The notes beneath the pieces are model-generated. The model was not told where the DNA came from. It did not search any database and saw only the letters and a list, made by a program, of their open reading frames with translations. A stretch of DNA of 64,000 nt from Pelagomonas calceolata (taxonomy: Eukaryota): NCBI GenBank assembly GCA_918797485.1, contig CAKKNE010000001.1:5146001-5210000 (forward strand), given 5' to 3'. The number at the start of each line of letters is the position of its first letter. Positions within the stretch are counted from its first letter, which is position 1. The position numbers and the translations under genes were made by a program. This document shows, piece after piece, positions 44,113 to 53,171 of the stretch.

Positions 44113-45084
44113 ATGGCCGCCCCCACCGGCTCGTCCGCCGACCTCGCCGAGAAGCTGCGGACGTACGGCGAGCAGCTCGCGCAAGTCGAGCAGTTGCTGG
44201 CCCAGGACCCGGACAACGAGCAGTTCAAGAAGTTGAGACAAGATTTGCTCGAAGTCACTAAATTAACAGAAGATCTGCTGAAATATGACCACGAAAAAAA
44301 GGAACAGGAGCAACCAGACGCGACGCAGGGCGAAGAACAGGAGGGCATCGATATAGATCCGTTCCAAGTCGGCATGCGCTGCGAGGGCAAGTTTAATGAT
44401 GGATGGTATCCTGCCGTGATCACTGCCGTCGCTGGTGGGGCCTACACGGTAGTCTATATCGGGTTCGGCAATACGGAGGTTGTGGATGCCGATGGTATTC
44501 GCCCACTCATCTGCGACGACCCCCTGGACCCGGCACAAGTTGTGGTCGGTGCCGAGCTCGTTGGCAGGTATTCCGGTGATGGGAAGTACTATGATGTGGT
44601 GGTTGAGGCGGTCACGGATTTCGGCTACAAAGTGTCGTTCACGGAATATGGGAATTCGGAGGAGTTGCCTCTCGAATATTTGAGGGTGCGGTCGCAGACG
44701 GGCCAGTTGCCCGATGCCAATGAGGGTTTAGTAAGAGAAGCAGATGGGACGTATCGCATCCCGGAGCATTTGAAGGTGCTCCCTTCCGATAGTGAGCAGG
44801 ATCGATTGCGGAAAAGAAGACGCGTGAAAGCGTTGAAGCAGAAACTCAAACAAAGTGAACAAGACGCGGCCCGCGACCAGTCGAAGAACTCGTGGCAGGC
44901 CTTCCAGCAAAAAGGCGCCAAACGTAGGGTTGCCGGGTCCATGAAGGGCGTGCGCAAGGAGTCGATCTTTGCCGCTCCTACGACAGTGGATGGCAAAGTG
45001 GGCGTGACGGGGTCGGGCCGCGACATGACGGAGTTCGGGGGGCGGAAGAAGTTCAAGGTCGCGGCGAACGGGGGCCTGCCCTAA
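44113..45084 (+). CDS. SPF30: Splicing factor SPF30 (SMNDC1) with two Tudor domains
   Basis: YGEQLAQVE..L..DPDNE..KLRQDLLEV, Tudor motifs, SWQAF, SIF...DGKVGVTGSG. Confidence 0.9.
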   Translation: MAAPTGSSADLAEKLRTYGEQLAQVEQLLAQDPDNEQFKKLRQDLLEVTKLTEDLLKYDHEKKEQEQPDATQGEEQEGIDIDPFQVGMRCEGKFNDGWYPAVITAVAGGAYTVVYIGFGNTEVVDADGIRPLICDDPLDPAQVVVGAELVGRYSGDGKYYDVVVEAVTDFGYKVSFTEYGNSEELPLEYLRVRSQTGQLPDANEGLVREADGTYRIPEHLKVLPSDSEQDRLRKRRRVKALKQKLKQSEQDAARDQSKNSWQAFQQKGAKRRVAGSMKGVRKESIFAAPTTVDGKVGVTGSGRDMTEFGGRKKFKVAANGGLP

Positions 45085-45320
45085 TCCTACTTGTTTCCTT
45101 TGGGGGGAGGGGTGCGGCGGCGGCGTCGCTGTAAAACCCGTTTTGGCCCGTAGCCAGGTCGCGCATCGCGGCGTGAGGCTCGACGCGGTTATAAAACTGG
45201 CCCACGATGGGCCGCAGTAAGCGGCTTCAAGCGTGGCAGAAGAAGACTAAAGCAGAGCGCCTAAACGAAGACGATGAAGGTCAGCGGAGGGCCTCGTGGC
45301 ATGGCCTCGGGGTGAAACAA

Positions 45321-46273
45321 TCACGTAGAACCGCTGCTAGAACCGCCGCCGGAATTGCCCGGGCACCCGCCGTTTCTGCAAGTCACCCCGTTCGGCGCGG
45401 TCGCGTCGGTCTGCGTGCATCCTCCATTTCTGCAAGTAATCGTCTGGCCCGCATTGGCGTTGCTTTGGTCGCACGAGCCGTTGTCGCCTGTGTGGAAATC
45501 AACCAGTGCGTCGGGTGCACGCCATCGAGCAGGCGTCGCGTCGATGGCGTGGAGGTCGACGCGAAGATTCAGCACGAACGCGCCGTAAAATTTTGATTTC
45601 CACACAGGTTGTCGCAGGTAATGCTCATGCCGGCCGCCGCGTTGTTTTGGGCGCAGTTGCCATTACGGCACGTGATCGAGCCCTTCGGAGCCTTGGCTCC
45701 AGTCTGCGGGCAATTGCCGTTTCCGCAAGAGATATCGCCGGTGTTACTCGAGATGCCGTTCATATGGCAGTTGCCATTTCCGCAAGTCGCGCTTCCGGTT
45801 ACGACCGCGCCCGTCATGTCGCAGTTCCCGTTCGAACAGGAAAGCGTTCCGGCCTTCACCCCGGGCGTTTGGGTGCAGCCGCCGTCGGAGCACGAAATCT
45901 CGCCCGACGCGGTGGCCGTGGCTTGATTGCACTGGCCGCCGGCGCACTTGACCACGGTCTTGTCGTGGCAGTGCGATTGATCACAACCCTTTGTCGGGCA
46001 TGGTTTGCCATTCCACGGCGGGCATCTACAATTGCAGCCGTCGTCCGAGCAGAGATTGGGGTACTTCGCCTGGCAATCAGTTTGCGCCGGGACGGGTACT
46101 TGCCAGTCTAGCTGGGTCGCGCCGACCTCGCGATACGAGAGGGCCGTGGCGGCGCAGGCGCCGAGGGAGAACGAGAGGGCCGCGGAGACGACGACGATCT
46201 TCTTGAGCTTCCAGGACTTGGGCGCCTCCTGGAGGCGGGTGTCTTCGGCGGGCACAGTGTTGTAAAAAGCCAT
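45321..46273 (-). CDS. Type II membrane Cys/Gly/Asn-rich repeat protein; exons 46273-45616 and 45487-45321
   Basis: N-terminal TM, ~9 repeats of I(T/S)C.NG.C.Q; splicing out the introner gives ITCDNGSCDQ (274 aa). Confidence 0.75.
45488..45615 (-). mobile_element. Introner element forming a 128-nt GC-AG intron
   Basis: TIRs CTGTGTGGAAATCAA (45488) / TTGATTTCCACACAG (45607); perfect 8-bp TSD GTTGTCGC at 45480-45487 and 45608-45615. Confidence 0.9.
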
Positions 46274-46474
46274 TGCTGCCTGCGACGGGCGTCTCTGTTC
46301 CTTGCTTCTGCCGCTGCAAAAAGGGGAAACCTCTGGAAACCAACGAAAACTAGGTCGGAAGCGCGGCTCGGTCTACAGGCGAATCTCACAGTGCATAGAC
46401 GCCGCGCTGCACACTTTCTGGTAAAATGAGAGCGTTTTGAGCGAGTAAAAGCGATTGGCCGAGCCCGTAAAAAG

Positions 46475-47799
46475 CTAGTGTGTCCATACGCTAGCTCACT
46501 AGGTCTTGCGGCTCGCCAATTTACACCAGCGATTGACGGTGCCTTCTACCGTCCAAATGGTACATCATATCAACTCCAGCCCAGTTTTCATCCGCAATCG
46601 ACGGAACCGGAGCCGACGGCCCGCGCTCGGAGGGCGGGAGAAGAATTCTACTAGACAACTCCCGAGTTTATGTTCGTTTCCTTCCGTTTGTTGGGGGTAG
46701 AGTCCATCCAGCCCGCCTCAACATTTACTGAGCCCAGTCTCTTGATCCGTACGAGCCGCGGGATTCGGCAACTTCGCGACCACGGGTTTGTACAAAGATC
46801 GGCAAAATTCCTGGACCCGCGAGTATCAGCGACGACACTATCCAGTTGGACCATAACGCCGTTGTTCTATTCACGATCGACCGACTTGCCCGTTCTCCGC
46901 GGACGACGGTGCGGAGACGGAGCACCGGAAAGGCCCCAGACCGGTGGTTTATAAAATAAATTTGCGCTTCAGGCGCTTTAGTTATGGGACGGGCCAGATA
47001 ACCGGCCTGACTGCCTACTACATTGCTTCGATACCCCGATATGCTCCTCGCGCCTCGTCGGCCTTGCGAGCCCACCATCTTCTACAAACGGGGCACAATA
47101 CCTGGACCTGCGACCATCAGCCCGTGTATTATCACCATGGACCTTGATGAGATCGTTTGCTTCATGATCGACCGACTTACGCGAGGTCCAGATCAAGATG
47201 TTCACGTCCCGAGCGTGGGCAGCCCAAAGTACCCTTCTCGGCGTGTAGATGTCATATACTTGTAATTGACTATCGCTGGGGTAGTATGGGGCCCAACGAG
47301 ACCGCTATTACGATTCCTGGGGGCCCTCGGGTAATTGACGTTTTTGACGGGAACGGGGCGCCATCGGGCCCAAATTGCACACTTTTTTCGGGGACAGATC
47401 GGCTCCTGGAGGTCTCTCGGGGTCGGTCTGGTAGTGGGTACGCGCCTGTACCGCATACGCCATCGATGCGGCAGCCTAGTGCTCTCGGAGGGCTTTTGAA
47501 GCAAAATAGGCCTAAAATTGCTAAATGCGGCGTGGGCTGCTGAGAGAATTCGACCAAAAATGCTTGAAGCGGCGGCGCATGCGGTGTAGGCGCTTGCACG
47601 TGTATAGTGCCTACCCTAGGCGACCCCAGGGAGACCTCTTGGGCAGGGATTGACAGGATTCCACAGGCGCGGCCGCCCTGTGGCCTCGTCCGCCTCCGCA
47701 CCGCGAATCAAGATGAGTTTTTTCGCACCCCAGTAAGTGTCCCATTGATCTCTTTGGACCAGTAGCGAACTGAAGGATACTCAAACGGCTGCATGGCGC
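46475..47799 (+). mobile_element. TIR-less copy of the non-autonomous element; arms ~46475-47027 and ~47349-47799, with a unique insert between
   Basis: Both arms align to the reverse complement of 50400-50951 and 49676-50125 with long identical blocks; the middle does not align. Confidence 0.8.
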
Positions 47800-47814
47800 A
47801 TTTCGTTTTGCTTG

Positions 47815-47837
47815 CTAGCGTCTTTACAGGCCGCTAG
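47815..47837 (+). promoter_or_regulatory. CTAG-box variant
   Basis: CTAGCGTCTTTACAGGCCGCTAG upstream of ATG 48005. Confidence 0.5.
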
Positions 47838-48004
47838 CCTCAAATAGCAGCGCCGCAAGGAGTACCACAGACTCGCTGCCCGTGCACAAGAACAACAGGT
47901 TGGAAGCCTCCATGCACCTGCGCCGCCTGCGACAGAAGAAACTGCAGTGTCACGTTGCGTATGCGCAGAGATAGGACATTTGCACTCAGAGCTAGCTCTC
48001 ATTG

Positions 48005-48685
48005 ATGATGTTCAACGCACTGGTTGTTTGGCTAACAGCCCACGAGTGCACCGCACTGGTACTGGATCCAAGCTTCAAACAAGCGCTAGCAGCAGGTCGC
48101 GTGCACCGAGAAGTCGGCTTTGCCCCAGAACGACTGGTCGACGACCTGCGCTATGACATAGATGCGCTCGAGCAGCTCGGTCGCTTCGGCCCGGCCGGCA
48201 GCGGACCGCGCGCCGGCGGCGACACCGGCATGCGTTCGGCACTCTTCGCGGACCCGATTGATCGGCCTCGAGACGTCGGATGCTTCGACGCCTTCGCCGC
48301 GCTGTGGGAGCGGCTCGGCATAGTGCGGGAAGAACTCATGGAAGGATTAGATAGAGACTTGATAGAGAACGTCGAGGTGCACTACGTGCGCTATCCCGAA
48401 GGCGGCTACTTCCAGCGCCACGTTGACGACTACGAAGCGAACGACGGCGCCCCGAGCCGCAGGAGCGTATCCTTCATTTGCTATCTGAACGACCCCGGAG
48501 CGCCCGCATGGACGGAGCGCGACGGCGGCGCACTGCGCGTACATTCGGACGGCGCCTACTACGAGATCCTGCCGGACGCCGGATCGCTCGTCCTGTTTGA
48601 CTCGATGGCCGTCGAGCACGAGGTGCGGCCGACGCGGCGGGAACGGACGTGCCTCATCGGTTGGTTCCATGCGCCCACGGCGTGA
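48005..48685 (+). CDS. 2OG-Fe(II) oxygenase (prolyl hydroxylase/SM-20-like) with signal peptide
   Basis: YPEGGYFQRHVD (HxD), ICYLN, GGALR, LVLFDS...HEV...R...IGWF. Confidence 0.9.
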   Translation: MMFNALVVWLTAHECTALVLDPSFKQALAAGRVHREVGFAPERLVDDLRYDIDALEQLGRFGPAGSGPRAGGDTGMRSALFADPIDRPRDVGCFDAFAALWERLGIVREELMEGLDRDLIENVEVHYVRYPEGGYFQRHVDDYEANDGAPSRRSVSFICYLNDPGAPAWTERDGGALRVHSDGAYYEILPDAGSLVLFDSMAVEHEVRPTRRERTCLIGWFHAPTA

Positions 48686-48736
48686 TTTATGTAATATTGT
48701 TTGTGCAATTTAGTGCAAGGGGGGAGAATGTACAGA

Positions 48737-49342
48737 TCAGCGCTGATGATGCCGGCGGAACCGCGCCCGGAGATTGCTTCCCGACGACGAGCGCGGGAGC
48801 CCGCCCGCGCGCCGCCGGAGGTCTCCGTTCGAGCGCACGCGCCGGAAGCCCTTTTGTTGCGGGACGACGCCCGGCGACTCGCGCTGGTCGAAGTCGGAGG
48901 CCCGCTCGCGCGCGAGGACGTCCCTGGCGAGCGAGGCGTAGGCCGCGCCCTGCTCGGCCGTCGCCGAGTGGTAGCCGGTTATAAAGGCGAGCGGAAAGAA
49001 GCACAGCACGACGAAGAGCCACTTGGGCACCCACGCCTCGGCGAGGCCCACCCACGCCGTGAGCAGAGCTCTCACGACCAAGAACATTGCTGCTGCGACG
49101 GCGGCGAGCACCGATACCAAGCTCAGAGCGTTGCTGTCGACAGAAGTTTCGCAGGGCATCTTTGGCCCCGGCTCCGCGGGCCACGCCGGGCCAGCGTCGT
49201 CGAGGGCGTCGAGGTCGTCGACCGTGCAAGTATCCTCACCGCGCGCCGGGGCGACGACAAGGACCACGATGCTGAGGATGAGGCCTCCCACGGCGAGCGC
49301 TAGGAAAAGCTGCAATATGTCAGCGGGGGATCCGAGGGCCAT
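48737..49342 (-). CDS. Small multi-pass membrane protein
   Basis: Three hydrophobic segments in a 201-aa ORF. Confidence 0.5.
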   Translation of the reverse strand: MALGSPADILQLFLALAVGGLILSIVVLVVAPARGEDTCTVDDLDALDDAGPAWPAEPGPKMPCETSVDSNALSLVSVLAAVAAAMFLVVRALLTAWVGLAEAWVPKWLFVVLCFFPLAFITGYHSATAEQGAAYASLARDVLARERASDFDQRESPGVVPQQKGFRRVRSNGDLRRRAGGLPRSSSGSNLRARFRRHHQR

Positions 49343-49497
49343 TGTGGCTCGGAGAGCTTGTCTGGGGCTCTGTTTTGGATCGGGATTGCAGCGAGGGCTT
49401 GCGGTGCAACGCGAAAGTCCTCCGAGCCGATTCCCTCAGCGAACGGGTGCTTTGGTGCCTCGCAATCAGCTAAAGTTCTTAGCTCTGGCTAAGTCTA

Positions 49498-51087
49498 CGG
49501 GGTTGTGTTTTTTTGCCAGCCAGGGGGGGGCCGTACCCCCCTTTTAGGGGGGGGTGGGGGGGGTTCACCCTTCATTACTCGCCGGCTCGAGGGTGGGGGG
49601 TGGGGGGGGTCGAAGGCTGCCGGAGGTGACTACCGTCGCGCGCGCCGGGCGCGGATTCCGCGAGGAACTCCTAGACGCGACATGAAGTTGTTTGAGTATC
49701 GTTCGGTTCGATACTGGTCCAAAGAGATCAATGGGACACTTACTGGGGGGCGAAAAAAATAATTTTTTTAATTCGCGATATTGACGGTCCTACCATGACG
49801 GCCGCGCCCGTGGAATCCTGTCGGTTCGTGGCGCGGAGGTGTCCCTGGGGTCGCCTAGGGTCGGTACTAGACACGCGCAAGCGCCTACACCGCATGCGCC
49901 GGCGCTTCAAGCATGTTTGGCCGATTTCTCTCAGCAGACCACTCGGTTTAGCCATCTTTTAGCCATGGTTTGCTTCCAGAGCCCTCCGAGACCACTAGGC
50001 TGCTGCATCAATGGCGTATGCGGTACATGCGCTTACCCACTACCAGACCTACCCCGAGAGACCTCCAGGAGCCGATCTACATCCGAAAAAAGTAAATAAT
50101 TTGGACCCGATGGCGCCCCGTTCCGTGCGACTGCGCCGCCTGCGCGCTCGCGAACCTGCGCCGCGTCCCCACGCATGGGCGATCGGCATCTGCGCGTGCG
50201 GACTACGAGCCTGCGGAATGCTGGGACTTCGACCTGGCCACGGACCTCAAGCCCACGGCCGTCGGCGGCTACGAGCACGCTCTCGACGGCTGCTGCGTCG
50301 TCACGGATTTCATGTACACCGCCCCGGTCAAGGCCAAGGACGCGCAGACCATCCTGACCGAGCCACAATCACATAGCTTATCGGTACGGTACCGTTAATC
50401 AAATGTAGTACACGTTCAGGCCGGTTATCTGGCCCTTCCCATAACCGAAGCGCCTGAAACGCAATTTTACTTTACAAAGTACCGGTCTGGGGCCAATCCA
50501 GTGCCCCGCGTACGCACCGTCGTCCGCGGAGAACGGGCAAGTCGGTCGATTGTAAATAGAACAACGGCGTTATGGTCCATCTGGATGGTGGCGTCGCTGA
50601 TACTCGCGGGTTCAGGTCTTGAGCCAATCTATGTATAAACGCGGGGTCGCGGAGTTGACGAATCCCGAGGATATTCCGGACCATCTAAGGCACCTCAGTA
50701 AATGTTCAATCGGCCTAGATGGACTCTACCACTAACAAACGGAAGGAAACGAACATAAACTCGGGAGTTGTCTAGTAGAATTCTTTTCCCGCCCTCCGAG
50801 CGCGCGCCGTCGGCTCCGGTTCCGTCGAATGTGTATGAAAACTGGGCTGGAGTTGATATGATTTACCATTTGGATAGTAGATGGCGGCGTCAATCGCTGG
50901 TGTATTTTGGCGAGCCGCAACACTTGGCGAGCTAGCGTATGGACATACTAGGACGCATTTTTTGGAGGGGGGTAGGGGGGGTCGTCTCATTTCTCCGGCC
51001 GGCCCCAGGGAGGGGGGTAGGGGGGGTGGCACGACGTCTCTAAAAGGGGGGTACGGCCCCCCTGGCTGGCAAAAAAACACAACCCGG
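49498..51087 (-). mobile_element. Non-autonomous TIR DNA transposon (Tc1/mariner-type ends), 1590 bp
   Basis: ~50-bp TIRs C(G/C)GGGTTGTGTTTTTTTGCCAGCCAGGGGGG..CCGTACCCCCCTTTTAG; TA at 49496-49497 and 51088-51089; no transposase ORF. Confidence 0.85.
50123..50362 (+). pseudogene. Ty1/copia integrase fragment carried inside the TIR element
   Basis: Open frame without ATG: CAACALANLRRVP...YEPAECWDFDLATDLKPTAVGGYEHAL....VTDFMYTAPVKAKDAQTIL, matching the zinc-finger end and start of the rve core. Confidence 0.65.
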
Positions 51088-51094
51088 TAAGATG

Positions 51095-51113
51095 CTAGTA
51101 TCGATGACGCTAG
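51095..51113 (+). promoter_or_regulatory. CTAG-box variant
   Basis: CTAGTATCGATGACGCTAG, 5 bp from the element's TA TSD. Confidence 0.45.
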
Positions 51114-51278
51114 ATAGAAAACATAAAGAGTTCCACAAAAAGCAGGCTGCCCCATTTGCCCGCGGCGCGACAAGCGGCAGCCGCAATCAAAATCAAACGG
51201 ATCGTCGCAGCTGAAGATCAATCATCGATCAATCATCGATCAATCACCGAGACAAAACCACAAAGCACACAGACAGCC

Positions 51279-53171
51279 ATGCCTGCCATCAAACACCACT
51301 CAGCAGAGGAGCGCAAGAAGATCATCGAGTCCGCCCAGAAAGCAGTGTTGGAGGACTGCCGGAAGCGCAAGGAGGAAGCAGAGTCGTGGGGCCCGCGCGG
51401 CCCGACGCCTTCTGATGAGGACAACGAAGCCGTGCCGCTCCAGGACGTCGGCTCGCTCTTAGGAAGGACAAAAGACATTGATGCGGTCCGCAAGATCATC
51501 CAGAGGAGCAAGGCCGCCAAAACGCCGGAGGAGCGAGCTAAAAACGCTAGGGATCTTATGGAGCTCTACGGTCCTTTACCTACTCCGCCCGAGGAGGAGC
51601 AAACTTCGGACTCAGAAGAAGAAGACGTCGCACCACCTAAAGTACCGGAGAAGCCCGTCGGTATAACGATGCGCGAGGCGGCCAATGAACAATTTAGGAA
51701 GGGCCAATATAGGGAGGCCCTGGCCGCGTACGATAGGGCCGCGGAAGCATTGGACGGCGCCGAGGCCGCCAAGTGCCACGCGAACAAGGCCGAGGCCTAT
51801 TTACGACTCAAAGAATATGAGCTAGCGGCGGAGAGCGCGTCGAAGGCTTTAGAGCTAGACGAGAGCAACGTCAAGGCGCGCTATCGGCGGGGCAAGGCCG
51901 CTCTGGAATTAGGGGATGCCGCGGCAGCTTTGGAAGATCTCGGCCAAGCGGCCAAGTCCGGCGACAAAGCTTCGTCAGAATTGTTCCGGAAGGCCCTCGA
52001 GACGCAGCGGCGCGCCGCCTTCAATCAAGCAGTCGAGGAGGAGACGGGGCCCTATGATTTGGAAGTACTGGTGGACGCTTATAGGGTTGGGTCCGATGAT
52101 CCAGAAGGACTCAGACCGTTTCTGGAAACAGCACAGAGTGCGGGCTTGTTATCAAGCGACGCTGATCTAGAGGAGGCCGCGGACCTGACGGACTTTTCGA
52201 CACAAATCTACGACGCCTCGGCCGTCCCGTTTTTAACAAGGTTGCGGGCCATCCGGAAGGCGGTAGAAGCGCAGAAGAAGCCGCCCTCCCCCAAATTCGC
52301 GGAGCCGTGGCCCGAGCACGAGCGAAATGCCTTCACCGAGAAGTTTGGAGTCAAGCCGTTCATCAAGGCGGACGCGGCGGCGTGCCTGGACGCGGAGAAC
52401 GAGAGTTTCGTCAGGGCGGTGCTCTCCAATAATTTCGAGGGCGACGACGTGGCGTTCGTGAATTCACTAAGGCGGCTGGGCGTACCGGCTTCCTTGGTTT
52501 TCGCGGCCTTTTTCAAAATATCAGACGGGCGCAACGACCTGGCCATGCACGTCCTACGCGGGGAGGACGTTTCAGGAGAACTCAAGGACGCGCTGGAGGC
52601 GATCGAGCGCGACGCGGCACGAGCTTACACTAATACCCAGGATTGTGTCGAAGCGCTGGAGACGTGGGCGTGCTTCACGTCGGCCGCGCTGGACGAATAC
52701 GGGCGCCTCGCGAGCGATTTTGATGAGATTGCCGCCCAATACGCACTGCAAGCCGCGGACGATTTGAAAAGCGACCCGCGGCGCCTGCTGAAAGCGACGC
52801 AAGCAACCTTCGACGCGTGCCGACGGTCCTTCGGCGGGCGGCCGCGGACCGGCCGGGGCCCCCTTGTGCGCGTCGCAATAAAGCGCGCCGCGGCGCTCGC
52901 GGCGTTGGGGCGGGAGGCCGCGGCGCGCGACGCGCTCGGCGAGGCCTGGGGCGGCGCGCTGCACCTCGTCTTCCGGGAGCGGGGCGACGCGGGCGACAGG
53001 ACGGCGCTCGCGGCGGAAGAAAAGGAGGCGCGCGCGGCTCTCGAGGAGTTAAAAGAGCCGGAGCCAGAGCCGGCGCGGGCGCCCCTGTCCGGCGGCATGT
53101 CGCCGCCCACAACGACGGGCCCCGTGTACTCGTCGCGCTGCGTGCTGCGGCGACAGAACCCTCCCGAGTAA
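51279..53171 (+). CDS. TPR protein (3-TPR co-chaperone type)
   Basis: ANEQFRKGQYREALAAY, HANKAEAYLRL, NVKARYRRGKA. Confidence 0.8.
   Translation: MPAIKHHSAEERKKIIESAQKAVLEDCRKRKEEAESWGPRGPTPSDEDNEAVPLQDVGSLLGRTKDIDAVRKIIQRSKAAKTPEERAKNARDLMELYGPLPTPPEEEQTSDSEEEDVAPPKVPEKPVGITMREAANEQFRKGQYREALAAYDRAAEALDGAEAAKCHANKAEAYLRLKEYELAAESASKALELDESNVKARYRRGKAALELGDAAAALEDLGQAAKSGDKASSELFRKALETQRRAAFNQAVEEETGPYDLEVLVDAYRVGSDDPEGLRPFLETAQSAGLLSSDADLEEAADLTDFSTQIYDASAVPFLTRLRAIRKAVEAQKKPPSPKFAEPWPEHERNAFTEKFGVKPFIKADAAACLDAENESFVRAVLSNNFEGDDVAFVNSLRRLGVPASLVFAAFFKISDGRNDLAMHVLRGEDVSGELKDALEAIERDAARAYTNTQDCVEALETWACFTSAALDEYGRLASDFDEIAAQYALQAADDLKSDPRRLLKATQATFDACRRSFGGRPRTGRGPLVRVAIKRAAALAALGREAAARDALGEAWGGALHLVFRERGDAGDRTALAAEEKEARAALEELKEPEPEPARAPLSGGMSPPTTTGPVYSSRCVLRRQNPPE

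Noticed and set aside
43337..44236. 299-aa and 214-aa + strand ORFs upstream of SPF30
   Set aside because: Arg/Pro-rich with no motifs; they span the promoter motif and overlap SPF30 out of frame.
46506..47701. Short ORFs in the element arms as a transposase
   Set aside because: No DDE or HTH motifs, and frames are not preserved between the two copies.
46475..50951. The two repeats as LTRs of one retrotransposon
   Set aside because: They are inverted rather than direct, lack TG...CA/PBS/PPT, and enclose host genes; one copy has its own TIRs and TA TSD.
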